Below are positions 37,746-51,247 of a DNA stretch of 64,000 bases, one piece after another. Source of the DNA: Octopus sinensis (lineage: Eukaryota); assembly GCF_006345805.1 (NCBI RefSeq), contig NC_043010.1:2108001-2172000 (forward strand). Direction: 5' to 3'. Numbering within the stretch: position 1 is the first letter of the stretch; the number at the start of each line of letters is the position of its first letter. The position numbers and the translations under genes were made by a program. The notes below the pieces were generated by a model. The model searched no databases and was not told where the DNA came from. It worked only from the letters and a program-made list of their open reading frames with translations.

Positions 37746-37808
37746 TAAAATATATGTACAAGTCTGTATAATTTTTGAGTAAAGATATATCATCATCATC
37801 GTTTATAC

Positions 37809-37839
<31 letters not shown>

Positions 37840-37896
37840 ATAATATAACGGTTTTATAGCCATTAGCTCAACATATATTTCGAAATGGTATATCCT

Positions 37897-37989
37897 AACT
37901 ATCTCTGATGAGATTCATCTTAAAATGATTTTAATTTTATAAATTAATTATCTAAAGGTTTCAGAATTGAAACAGCTGTCAGAGATGTT
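37897..37989 (+). ncRNA. Type I hammerhead-ribozyme-like motif (Penelope-like)
   Basis: CTGATGA at 37905-37911, helix II GATTC/GAATT, GAAA at 37969-37972, palindromic CAGCTG, then TC. Helix I is TCT/AGA. Confidence 0.6.
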
Positions 37990-38046
37990 GTCATTTTATA
38001 ATTAATAATTTTATTAATTACCTCTCCATTTTCTCCTTATTCTTTA

Positions 38047-38093
<47 letters not shown>

Positions 38094-38096
38094 TCT

Positions 38097-38464
38097 TTTA
38101 CTTGTTACTGTCATTTCACTGCAGCCATGCTGGGGCACCACCTTTAATCAAGCAAATCGACCCCAGGATCTATTCTTTGCAACCCCAGCACTCACTCCAT
38201 TGGTTTCTTCTGCCAAACCACCAAGTTATGGGGACGCAAACAAACCAGCATCTGTTGCCAAGTGATGGGGGGGGGACAAACACACACATACGCACATATA
38301 TATGACAGGCTACTTTTGGTTTCCGTCTACCTATTCCACTCACAAGGCTTTGGTCAGCCCGAGGCTATAGTAGAAGACACTTGCCTAAGGTGTCATGCAG
38401 TGGGACAGAACCTGGAACCATGTGGTTGGTAAGCAAGCTACTTACCACACAGCAACTCCTGTGC
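38097..38464 (-). mobile_element. SINE family A
   Basis: Family motifs on the reverse complement. Confidence 0.88.
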
Positions 38465-38544
38465 CTACAATAAGCATATGAATAACATATGTGTATATGT
38501 GCATGTATAATGTATATATATATATATATATAACATATATATAT

Positions 38545-38830
38545 CACTGTGATCACATGACCGACCAGACCATCAGATGTTGCTACTTCGCATTGTTTTA
38601 GCCTTTAAATGACGCCACCCTGCTGGCTAAGCAAGCAGGCCAACAGAAGAAAGAGTGAGAGAAAGTTGTGGCGAAAGAGTACTGCAGGGATCGCCACCAC
38701 CCCCTGCCGGAGCCTCGTGGACCTTTAGGTGTTTTTGCTCAATAAACACTCACAATGCCCGGTCTGGGAATTGAAACCGTGATCCTACAACCACGAGTCT
38801 GCTACCCTAACCACTGGGCCATTGTGCCGC
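38545..38830 (-). mobile_element. tRNA-derived SINE, distinct family
   Basis: Minus-strand head GGCACAATGGCCCAGTGGTTAGGGTAGCAGACTCG...GGTTTCAATTCCCAGACCGGGC has A and B boxes; the body is unrelated to families A and B. Confidence 0.8.
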
Positions 38831-40314
38831 CACAATATATATATACATACACACACAGAGATTGATAGATAGATAGATAGATAGATAAAGAGAGAGAGAT
38901 GAATGTGTGTACGAGTGTGTTTCGAATCAATAACCTTGAGTCCAATAATATTTTGTTTTGCCCAATGGCTTCGCCAAGGACTGAATGAAATGATGCGGTT
39001 CAGTTGGTTGAATAAGGAACCAGGCAAAAGAATGAAAATATACATATATATATATATATATATAGTTAGAGAATAGCCGGATATAGAAAAAGCAGGGTGT
39101 GCTGGTGGGTGTGTAAACCAAGTTAGAGGTGGTGGAGGAGAGGTAAGTATTTACAAAAGCTAGCAGTGATGGGCCATTGAAAATGACTGCAATCATATGA
39201 ATTACTTATAGCAACCAATCAAAATATTGTGTATATTATTTATAAATGCATAACAAGGTATGTAAAGGATGTTTCTATTATTCTGTCAGAGGCTAGTATC
39301 AAGATTTGAGCATGAAATGAGATTGCCTGATTTAGCTGTCAGAATTGACAGAGTATTATAAACAGCAGTGGTAGAGTATAAAAAAAAATTGTAGTCTTTT
39401 TAGTAAATCTTTGTTTAAATCCCACAGTACATTTGAATAAATATTTCAAAGAACAAATAAAAAATCCTTTAGACATATCATTGAAATAAATGATCTTCAT
39501 TTAAGCCAATGAGGGTGACTGAGCTTCTATTTTTATGGGGAATTCAGACAATGATGGAAGCAATGTTCAAATCAAAGTACATGCATCACGCACAACAAAC
39601 ACATTCTGACATTGGTGTATCTCTCTAAAGTAGTACCAACACACATCCATACTGTAAGAATAAGCATGCAGAGGTACCTATAAGTGTGTATTTATATCTG
39701 ATTTAATTTTCAAATGAATAAATCTTCAAATTTATTAGCGAATTGTAATTTGGAATCTCAGACATTTAGGATCCTTCTCAAGAGACATTTGGGGAAAAGT
39801 TTCTTTGCGCAAACAGATCAATAGATTCTAAGTTAAGATCTCACACTTAAATGCAAAAGGGAGACATACATAATTCAAGTTATACACACACATACGTGTG
39901 CACGCACACACACATGTGTGTACATATGTGTGTGTGTGTGTATTTATGCATATCTATATATGTATGACCCTCTCACATACTTGCTCCTAGTAGTTTTTCG
40001 TTTCTCTTTTTTTTTCTGTTCTTTTCTGTTTTGCAAGTTACATGGAAGCCCCACAAGTGCCAGTGGCACAAAAAAATGCACCCAGTACACTCTGTAAAGT
40101 GGTTGGCATTAGAAACGGCATCAAGCCATAGAAAGCATGCTAGAGATGAAGTTGGAGCTTGATGTAGTTCTACAGCTCTCTGGTTCCTTGACCAACTCAT
40201 CCAAGCATGGAAAGCCATTAAATGAGGATGATGATATATATATATATATATATATATGAGTATGTATGTATATGATGCAGGTTCGAGTATGAATAGGGTA
40301 AAGAGTAAAGACAC

Positions 40315-40630
40315 ACTTGGGTTAAGAATGACCATGGGATTGCACCTAGAAAGTTACCATCTGAGGCACAAGTCCCGGCCAGCTTGTTCATGGAAGACCA
40401 GCAGTCAGCCATGCATAGCAACCTCCCTTCTACATACCTCAATGCGGTCAAAGAGAAAGGCAAAGGCCTGTACAGTTAGGCACCAATGATGTCACTACTC
40501 ATTTCTGTGGTTGAGTGAATTGGAGCAACATGAAATAAAGTGTCTTGCTCAAGAACAACACACAACTCTTTCCAAGAATCAAACTCATTACCTCATGGTT
40601 GTGAGACCAACACTCTAACCATGCACCTTC
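40315..40630 (-). mobile_element. SINE family C
   Basis: Shares GAATGACCATGGGATTGCA and GAAATAAAGTGTCTTGCTCAAGAAC with 10801-11049. Confidence 0.85.
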
Positions 40631-40857
40631 ACACACATACACATATATATGTATGCGTGTGTGTGTGTATATGTATATATATGTATATGTATATATACAT
40701 ATATGTATGTATGTTTATATATATATATATGTATATATATATGCATATATACATATATATATATGTATATTTATATATATATATATTTACACATATTTAT
40801 ATGTATGTATATTTGCATATATATGTATGTAAGTATTTATATATATATATATATATC

Positions 40858-40904
<47 letters not shown>

Positions 40905-41304
40905 TTATATATATGTATATATAAAAATTATGGTTATGTGTGTGTGCATATATATCAAAAACAAGACTTGAGTTTACAAAATATTTTGATTATGAAACAA
41001 AATATTTTATGAAGAAATTCTGTTTTTACTCAGTATAAGTACCCTGTGACCTATTCAGCTATAAAGTCTAACCAAATGTAACCTATATATTACAAGTCTT
41101 CTTCACAGTTTCCCTTTGGATGCACAGGAATAAACATGGAGAGTTCTAATTGCTGATTATCTGTCATACAAACTAAAATTAAATCATGCTATGTAACTAT
41201 ATATACATACATACATACATACATATATATATATAATATATATATATATGTGTGTGTGTGTGGTGTGTGTGTGTGTGTGAGTGTTTGTGAGTGTATGTGC
41301 TTGT

Positions 41305-41689
41305 GTCTCTTTACTCTTTTACTTGTTTCCGTCATTTGACTGCAGCCATGCTGGAGCAGTGCCTTTTTTAATTGAGCAAATCGACCCCAAGTCTTATTCT
41401 TTGTAAGCCTTGTACTTATTCTATCAGTCTCTTTTGCCGAACCAGTAAGTTACGGGTACGTAAACACACCAGCATCGGTTGTCAAGCGATGTTGGGGGAC
41501 AAACACACACACATATATATATATACGATGGGCTTCTTTTCAGTTTCCGTCTACCAAATCTACTCACAAGGCTTTGGTCGGCCTGAGGCTATAGTAGAAG
41601 ACACTTGCCCACGGTGCTACGCAGTGGGAAGGAACCCGGAACCATGTGGTTGGCAAGCAAGCTACTTACCACACAGCCACTCCTGCGCC
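41305..41689 (-). mobile_element. SINE family A, full length
   Basis: Reverse complement is colinear with 3061-3430. Confidence 0.9.
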
Positions 41690-42727
41690 TATGTGTAAGA
41701 GCACATGTACGCTTGCAGAAAGAGGGAGAGAGAGAGAGAGAGTAAGCAAATACACTGCTGAGCTGAGTTGACATGCTGAATCAGTGAGATGCTTTTCAGT
41801 CTTGATTACAACCAGCTCAATTCAATTATGTCCCTAATTCTTTTAAGACAGACATCATCATCATTACTAAGGCTTATTTAATTATTTTTCCCAAGAGAAA
41901 AATATTTGCTGAATCAATATATATGTACTTAATGACGTTTAATATTGATTTCTAACATAGGTACAAAGCCTCAAATTCTGAGAGAAAGGCATAGTTGATT
42001 TAATTGATTCTAGCACTTGGTTGGCACTTATTTTATTGATTTTGGAAAGATGAAAAGCAATGTCGATCCCAAGATTTAAGCATAGAATGTGCAAAAAAGA
42101 CATAACCAAATACTGCAAGGCATTAATTTGACATTCTACTGATTCTGCCAATCAACTTGGCCACAGTAGAATAATTCTTTTCAGTAAAAATCTGAAAAGA
42201 ATTGTTGTACTCCTACACTGGCTTGACAGAAATTCATTTAAAAAGTTATCATACCAACACATGAGTTCTTTATCAAATGCTGTTACAAAGAAAATAGAAT
42301 TTTGCTTCTGAGGCATATCTCCTAAAAGAAAGATAAGTGTAAATCTACAAATATTACATGGTTTGTATTGGACAAAACTCTCTGTTTAGTAATGATTCGA
42401 AATTATGCAATTTATTTTTGATAAGAAATATCACATCATAAACCACTCACCCTGTCCAACCCTCTGAACCGCATCACTTCCATTTATTTCCTGTTACTTT
42501 GGAATAACAGAGGATATTCTCTGACACACTTTCATCACCATCTCTTTCTTTTCCAACTGGGGTAGCCATATATCTTGTCTAAAGCCAGACATCTTTTTCT
42601 GTCCCTCTATCATAATCTAACCTTTCATCACCTGACACAAATCTGCCTCCAGCAGTACAGGTCCCTCTCCTCAGTTGAGGGATCTTTGTCTGGCAAGTTA
42701 CTTGGTGACCCAACTGATGCTGATGCC

Positions 42728-42760
<33 letters not shown>

Positions 42761-42761
<1 letters not shown>

Positions 42762-43316
42762 GCCCTGATGCGATATCAGGCAGTGGCTCTCATGGCTTCT
42801 GATCTTAACTGATTGGAAGTGTTATCAAGTACATTATTTTGTCTTGGTATAAAAGATGGGCTACAGCAAATATTCTGCTCAATACCACAGATTTGCTTGT
42901 CAGTTTTTTTGGCCTTAACCAGTTGACCATGTCCCTTAGTGGTTGATGATATGTGCATCTCTGATCACGAGCAGAAGTAGTGGGGGAGCATCATAGCCAT
43001 GTGTTGAGAGGGATTCTTTGGGGTTTGAATAATTCACCCCTGGAAACATGGGTGTTTCGTTCAACACCTTTAAACAACCCTTATTCAGGAACCTTTTGAG
43101 AGGGATGGGTTACTGGACCAGAAGAAAATTCTAACTGGGCCCCACCCGCAAGGTCATGTGCTGTTTATCTTGATATGAGATCACCATGTCATGCACACAT
43201 GGTTATGATGCATGTGCCTAGTGTACCCTTATCAGACGAGTAGTCATGATGGGTATACTGGGCTTCGTATATTTTACCCCAGTGTCACTTTAATGGCATG
43301 CACTGCTCTCTCACTC
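42761..43316 (+). mobile_element. Non-coding ~560-bp interspersed repeat, family D, copy 2
   Basis: Colinear with the reverse complement of 13890-14449. Preceded by (AAT)11 at 42728-42760 and followed by degenerate (AAT)n. Confidence 0.88.
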
Positions 43317-43779
43317 AATAACAATAATGATAATAATAAAAATGATAATCATGATTATAATATACATCTACATATATATGAAGAGAAGAACTTTAAATTG
43401 TTTTACTTCAGCCATTGTCAAAGTTTGGGAAATAAGATTTCTTGTACAGTTGTGTTATATTTACCTTTGCAAAATGACATTATATTCCAATATCACTGAA
43501 CTTCCCACACACACAAAAAAACTTGCACTCAGGTATGCCAGCATTTGAACACACATGTAGCATATACATACACCAAGAAATACACATAGCTCATGTTTTA
43601 TTTTTTAATATATTTCAGCTTTTATATATATTTATTTACTTTTTATGTAATTTCTAAAAAGAGTAATCCAGAGAATTCTTCACAATAGAAAAAAATGGAA
43701 ATTGTATTCTCTATATTAGGATACACACATACACACACACACATGCATATATAGTTATTATGTGTACATATACACACTC

Positions 43780-44270
43780 ATACACACAGATAGACATTTA
43801 TGTAAACATTTTATGTATATGTATGTGTTAATATGTATGTGCATATATATGTATATGCATATATCTACATATAAGTATATATGTATGTATGTATATATCT
43901 ATCTATATATATATATATATATATATACGTACATATCTATGCACATATATAAACATGTATATAAAGCATAAACCTGCATATATGTGTGTTTGTGTATGTA
44001 TATATATATATATATATATACACACTTATATATAGATAATGCATAAACATCCATGTATATATATATGTATATAAAATGCATAAATATGCATTTATATATA
44101 TATATATATATAATGTATACATATGCATATATATGTGTATATATATATAATGTATATATATGCATATATATGTGTGTGTGTGTGTGTATATATATATATA
44201 ATGCATAAATATGCATATATACATATATATGTGGTTCATATGCATATATGCAGATATCTATATATATGTG
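43780..44270. repeat. Compound (TA)/(CA)/(TGCA) microsatellite
   Basis: Read directly from the sequence. Confidence 0.9.
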
Positions 44271-45750
44271 TATAAATGTATAGAGAGTAAGAGAGAGAAG
44301 GAAAGACAGACAGAGAGAGAGAGCTATATACTGTGAAAGATTTGAATGATTGTATATTATACAATCACACAAAAACACAAACACACACAAGATCAAATCA
44401 TGCATAAATATATACCTGCATATGTATATGTATGTACATGTGTGTATATGTTGTTGAAGAAACCTTCATTATTCTCACACTGTGATACTAGTTTTTCACA
44501 TCCCAGCAATATTATCCATTTTTCTTCTCAATATTAATTCTTTTTAATATTCTACATATGTCTAAAATTGAACTCTATGGAACAATAACACACATAAGCA
44601 TGCACTCACAGAAACAGAGAAACAGATGCACTCAGACACACACACACATACAAAACATACAAGCATGTACACACATGCAAACACATGAGTATACATACAG
44701 AAGCATGTGCATGTAGAAATATACGTACGTTACAAATATGCACACAGCTAAATAAGTGTGTAAATATATGTGCTAATATAATCTTACAATATTTCGAAGA
44801 TACTGAGATGGCAGAAATGTATGTAATTTATATATATATATATATTTTTTTAACTTACTATAGTTAGATTTACTGTTAAATCATCTTAACTTAGTTATCG
44901 AGTAGAGATAAAAATAGGCTTTAAAATACAGAAAAAGCATTTATCTCATTCCTAAATTAGGAAGAAAGATTGATAAGTGCTTTGTAGTAGGACACGGTTA
45001 ACTGGTCAAGCAATTTGATATGTATTTTGAATGCCGCCAATTCGTCTTTTCTTTCCCATAATCATTTCTCAGAAATTTTTTTACATTAATATCAGAGCAG
45101 ATAATTCATAATTTTGATTCAAAGATTTATTCTCATTACAAATGTAGCACCAAGATAGGATACTTCACTATGTTGCACACAAATAAGATAACCTATCCTG
45201 CTAGCACTAAGTGACTGGTGAATTATTTTGGTCAGGATATGAAAGTACAGTTAAAATAACAGGAAGAACTTCCTACGTCTCATTGGCAGAATCTTTCAAT
45301 CAAAAATCTAGTTCTGCTTATTTTTGGTTTACTGTACTCTAAATGCAAATTCTGCTCTGGTCAACTTTGATATTTGTTTTTGTAGTATCTTTTCAGGTTT
45401 CGGATCCGAGTGAGAGTCATGTCCAGGATAATGGATTGACAGTATTGTTAGGATGTTAGATTAGATGTCTAGCTTGCATGGATTTTAGATCTATATGTAC
45501 TAAGTTCAAATTCTACCCCTGTACAGATGCTCTGTGCCAACCATTTTACCATGAGAGCACTCCTGTCTAAGCAGCAATTGAGCAGCATGGTTGGTTAGAT
45601 CTACAAGTAGAGAGAAGTTGGCTGGGGCCAGCTGAGATTTGACCCAACTATGGAATAATAATAACTAATTGTAATGAAATGGAAATTTAAGGAGATTGAA
45701 TGATAGATATACTATTAGAGTAATTGATAATACAGTTGCATGACAGATGC

Positions 45751-45963
45751 ATGATCCAAGTCCCAACTGTATATATGTGATAGTTTCATGGCTCAAGTCC
45801 CAACAGTACACCTGTTACTGACAAGTAAATAGGTTATGGCTCAACTCCAAGGAGTAAACCTTTCACCAACAAGTGAATAATCATGGCTCAATTCTCAATA
45901 GTAAACTTTTCACTGACAAGTGATAGGTTGATGGCTCAAGCCCTGTCAGTAAACCTGTTACTC
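45751..45963. repeat. Diverged 47-48-bp minisatellite, about 4.5 units
   Basis: ATGGCTCAA recurs at 45788, 45836, 45883 and 45931, each followed by AGTA(A/C)AC and, in the three complete units, ACAAGT. Confidence 0.85.
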
Positions 45964-46239
45964 TTTCCAGTTTCAAATTCCTGCTTACTATATCTAATAT
46001 AATTTATACAACAAGCAGATTTAGAGGAAGGAAATGACACACCTGTTCCTTTTGTTGTTTTAATATCTTTTAGACAAGTAAGTTGTAAACATTCTGATAT
46101 CAAACATTTCCAGAGTTAATTCTTGACCTATGATCAAAGATATTCAGCCAATATGCTCATCCTATTTGTAAAGTAAGACTACATTAAACACTTTTTGTCT
46201 CTAAAGATGGTAGTGTATATTCTGAGAGGAATTTGGTTG

Positions 46240-46420
46240 CTATTCATTGACAAGTTGATTACATCAACCTCAGTGCCTGAATGGTACTTATTTTATCAAC
46301 CTCTAAAGGATGAAAGACAAAGTTGACCTCAATGGAATTTGAGCTCAAAACATAAAGAACTAGAAGAAGTGTTGTTAAGTATTTTGTCCAACATACTAAC
46401 AATTCTGACAGCTTCCCAGA

Positions 46421-46452
<32 letters not shown>

Positions 46453-47054
46453 TTACTAAGAATTTCGCTCGGCAAGCTAATGATTCTGCCAGCTTGCCAC
46501 TTTAATAATGATTAATAATAGTAATCCTTTTTACTGGAAGCACAAGGCCTCGAATTTGGGGGAGAGGGATAGTCAATTACATCGACCCCCAGTACTCAAA
46601 TGGCACTTAATTTATTGACTCTGAAAGGATGAAAGGCAAAGTCGACCCTGATGGAATTTGGACTCAGAACAGAAAAAATACCACTAAGCATTTCACCCAG
46701 CATGCTAACGATTCTGCCAGCTGGCTGCTTTGATGATGATGATGATAATAATAATAATAATAATAATAATAATTTCAAATTATGGCACAAGGCCAGCAAT
46801 TTTAGTGGGAGGGGGTGTCAGTCGATGATATCAACCCCAATGCTTAACTTGTACTTATTTAATTGACCCGAAAAGGAATCAAAGGGTAAGATGATCTTGC
46901 AGCACAAGACCTCAGAATATAAATCTGGAAGGAATGTCATGGAACATTATGTCTGACATGCTAACGATTCTGCCAGCTTGCCACCTTAATAATGATAATG
47001 TAATCGATGAACCCCTTCCCCCAAATTTCAGGCCTCGTACCTATAATAGAAAGG

Positions 47055-47096
<42 letters not shown>

Positions 47097-47308
47097 TTAG
47101 CATTCTCAGTGAAATGCAGAATCTTTGGTACACCAGATGAAATGCTTAGCAGCCCTTTCATCTGTTTTTATGTCCTGATTATAAATTCTGCCAAAGTCTA
47201 CTTTGCCTTTCATCCTTTTAGAGCCAATGAAATAAGTACCAGCTGAGAGTTGATGTCATTAACTCCCCCAAAATTTCAGGCCTTGTACCTATACAAGAAA
47301 GGGTTATT

Positions 47309-47339
<31 letters not shown>

Positions 47340-47930
47340 AAATTATTACATGCTATTCTGTTTAGTGGGCATGTCATCATGAGGTTTTGTAACAAGATTC
47401 CTCGAATTTCAAGAATCTTTCTTAAGACTCTGGCAGAATAAAGAATTACTCTTTGCTGCAAGTTAACAATATGACCCCCAATTCCAATATCCTTCAGTTT
47501 CCTAGGTAAAGTTTGGGTGTTGTGTAAAGTCCACCATTTACCATAGGTATATTTGACATCTTGGTCTTCCACAATCTCTTCATCTATTTGACTCGGTTCC
47601 AGCATTTCTCAATTTCTTTCATATCCATTCTATTATCATAGAGTATTGTAAAGCCTATGGGGCTTTTTTTTCTGTCTTTTTGACTTTAATCATATATGGT
47701 CTCCTTGCTTCAATATTATGAATATATAATTAAGGTGGTGAGTGAGCTGGCAGAATCGTTAGTGGCATTTCATCCATCTTTACCCTCTATGTTCAAATTC
47801 CACCAAAGTCAATTTTGCCTTTTACCCTTTCGGGGTCAATAAAATAAGTACCAGTTAAGCACTGGGGTTGATGTAATTGACTTACTCCCTCCCCTCGGAA
47901 TTGCTGGGCTTGTGCTAAAATTTGAAATCA
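46240..47930. mobile_element. Third SINE B cluster in both orientations, interleaved with (AAT)n/(ATT)n
   Basis: Family B motifs on - at ~46240-46985 and on + at ~47100-47300 and 47742-47930. Confidence 0.8.
47350..47640 (-). pseudogene. 3' fragment of an R4/Dong-clade element
   Basis: ORF 47276-47605 contains LKDIGIGGHIVNLQQRVILYSARVLRKILEI, matching the R4/Dong C-terminus, and runs into an (AAT)n tract on its sense strand. Confidence 0.7.
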
Positions 47931-49024
47931 GTATTATTGATATCACAATGAAGATGATAATGATGATGGAGCAGCGTTAGAGGCCTGCAATTGCCATGGG
48001 CCTTACTCCTTCCTTGAAGCTCAGCTAATAAAAATAAAGTAAAAAAGAAACAATAACAACAACCATGGAACAAGGATACTACATTGATAAATCTAAACTA
48101 TGGAAGGCTGGAATGATAGAATTATGCCTAGTCTAAGAGGCCACCATAATAACCATCGGTAATACAAGCGAAATCCATTGACCTGTCAGGCAACAGTTCG
48201 TAGTTCTTACACTTGAAAAACTAATAATATCCCTTCACGACAAAAGATTCCTCTGGCTTCAATTATCTGGGCTCTCTGTTAGCAATGCCAAAGAAAATAT
48301 TCATTCATGTAGCAATTTCCCCCCAAACCTTCCAGAAGATTAGTTGCTTGACATAGGGAGCCGCTAATGGATATCTGATATTGCTTTACGATGTCATTTG
48401 GGGAATTTGTTTCAGAATAAAAGAAAAACAGAGAAGGAAAAAATGGTAAAGAAAAGAGAAATAAAAATCCAAATCTGCTTCAATACACTCACAAATTATG
48501 TCATTCCTCTTGCTCTCCACTCTCTTCCTCTTGCTCTCCACACTCTTCCTCTAGCCCTTTCTCTCTCTATATCTCTCTCTCTCCTCTTCTATCCTCTTGT
48601 TATTTTCATATAGCTGTCTGTCAGTTCCTCTCATACAAAATTCACCTGTCTCTTTCCTTTTCTAAATTCTATCTCAGTGTCTCAATCTGTCTGTCTGTCT
48701 GTCTGTTTGTCTGCCACTCTTCTTTTATAATCTCTGCCTTTATGTCCGTCTGTCTGTCGGTCCCTCTCATACACGGATTCACCCGTGTTATTTTTCGAAC
48801 TCTGTCAGTCTTGCTGTCACACACTCTCTCTCTCACACTATCATACAAACATCCCTCTTTCCATCTCTCTCTCTCTTTCTTTCTCTCTCTCTTTCTCTTT
48901 CTCTCCCTTTCTCTTGTGAATCACACCCTATATGTCTATCACTCCTTTTCCCTGATACACACATACACAGATGTAAATACATAAAATTTCCCAAATTCCA
49001 CTGAGAGGGTTGTATATATATATA

Positions 49025-49055
<31 letters not shown>

Positions 49056-50397
49056 GATAAATAGATAGATATACCAGTAAATGTAAATATAGGTATTACA
49101 AACCTGACAATCAGTAGCCATATTGGAAAGATGTTGGGATCACATCGACAAAGTACCATCTTGCTCAGATCTAAGATCCGTTGAAGTAAGTTATAGAATT
49201 ATTCAGAATCCTTTGAAAAGAAGGGGAAAGAAAAAAAAAAGATATGAAAATAACATGAATAAATAAATAAATAAGAAAATTAAATTAAATTAAATTGAAA
49301 AAAAACATACAAAAAATAAAATAGAAATTTGCTCCCTTATTTAAAAAATTGCAATAAAAAAATAAACAACACAGAGAAACGGTAAAGTTGGTGGCATTTA
49401 CTTTCCTCGGCTCTTGAAACCCCTTCCATCTTTACCTACCCCTAACCCACCCATGACATTTTGCATTGTTGTTGTTACTGCTGCAGATGTTGTTGTAGTT
49501 GTTGTTGCCAATGCAGCTTTTAATGGTAATTGGTTGTGGTAGTGGTGGTAGTGGTGGTAATGGTAATGATGAAGCAGGGGAGTAGGAGAAGAGGGATGAG
49601 GTAAAACAAGATGAAGGCAAATGATGGTAGCAGTGGTGGTGGTGGTTGTGAAAGAGGCGGAAGAATAAGAAAGCGGTGGGGGGGAGGGGGGGTTGAAAAC
49701 GGGGGGGGGGGCGAAAAGAAAGCAGAGAACAGGGTTGTCAAAAATATGCGGAATGTCAGACTCTGCCCCCCGACCCCTTCCCCCTGCCTCCCTCTCCCCA
49801 CTCATCCACCGCCATCACCATCACCATCGCCACCTGAGAAAGAGAGTATATGCAAGCATCTCATCACACAGTGTTCAGTGTTTAGTTCCCAAGAAGTCAA
49901 AACAATGCAATTTAAGAAGAAAAAAAATAATAATAATAAATATGAAACAAGTAACATGGTTCCCCACCCCCATCATTCGCTCTCTCTCTCTCTCTCTCTT
50001 TCTCCTCTTCTAGGTGCAATCGACGCAGTAGGGATGCCGTTCCTAACGGAAGTGTGCAGCAAGACTAAGATTATTTTATGCCTTTGCAGCAGCTAATTCT
50101 GCAACTGTTATTTCCGGAATTGTACTTGATTTCTTGGGAAAGCTTATTGATTTTCTTTTTTTTGGTTCCTCTTCAGAAAATCAGGACAACCTGCAGCCAA
50201 TCCAGTTTATAGCATCTCAACCAGATGTTGCTGGCATTCGATAACTTTTACGCTCATTCTTCCATTATGACTCCACTCTAATGAAATATATAAGTACTTT
50301 TGTGCATTTAAGGGGAGAACGCTCAAGTAGCGAATGCACACTTTCTGAATTGATACAAGATGCATACAGGCACACATTCACAGCTTCTGATAGATTC

Positions 50398-50429
<32 letters not shown>

Positions 50430-51247
50430 TTGTTTGTGTTCATATATATATATATTACACACACATATATACATTTAAATATATATATATGTTGTTATGT
50501 TTGTGTTCATATATATATATATATATATATTTACATACACACACACATAGAGAAACATGTACTATGCATGTTTCTACATGTTCAGTTATATTTATAATTA
50601 TATCTACGTGTACGTGTCTAAATCTATATTTGCTCCTCAATCACACATGTATGTATATGATATATATATGTGTGTGTGTGTGTGTGTATTTCTATATATA
50701 TGGAGAGAGAGAGAGGTGGTCAAACAAGTGTTATAAGACAAAGAAAGGAGCAATCATTATCTAAATAGATTGAAATCTGTTGGGAGTCATTTGCAATGCT
50801 GTCAAACTATGAAGATTTTAGACTCAGAAGACATGTTCATTTGATTCAAACCTATATGATTTTTTTGCTAGCATTTATCTGAAGTATGGAGTAACATGCT
50901 TTGACTTATTCCAAGCTGTAATTTCATAAAGATACACACACACACACACATTTATATATAATAAATGCAGGATTTAAACATTAGCTATTATAAGTTTCAT
51001 GTTCAGATAGTACAGTAGTCAGACAAGCTGTCTTCATGTGCTGTGAACTATCCTGCAATTGTTCAAGCTCAAAACGAAACATGGCATGTTATACAAGTTC
51101 ATCTAATTACTGAAGTATCTGAGTATGAAGCTTATAGTAGCCCACATTTAAATCCTGTGTTTATTAAATATTTATTTCTAATTGGATGGAACCCTTTTTT
51201 TGCTGAACCCACAAATAATGAAACTGAACAATATATACAGATGTTGC

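Noticed and set aside
45397-45460. Possible exon after TATCTTTTCAG (VSDPSESHVQDNGLT)
   Set aside because: There is no convincing donor site and no recognisable homology.
45751-45963. CRISPR-like array
   Set aside because: The context is eukaryotic, the inter-repeat segments are homologous to each other rather than unique spacers, and there are no cas genes.
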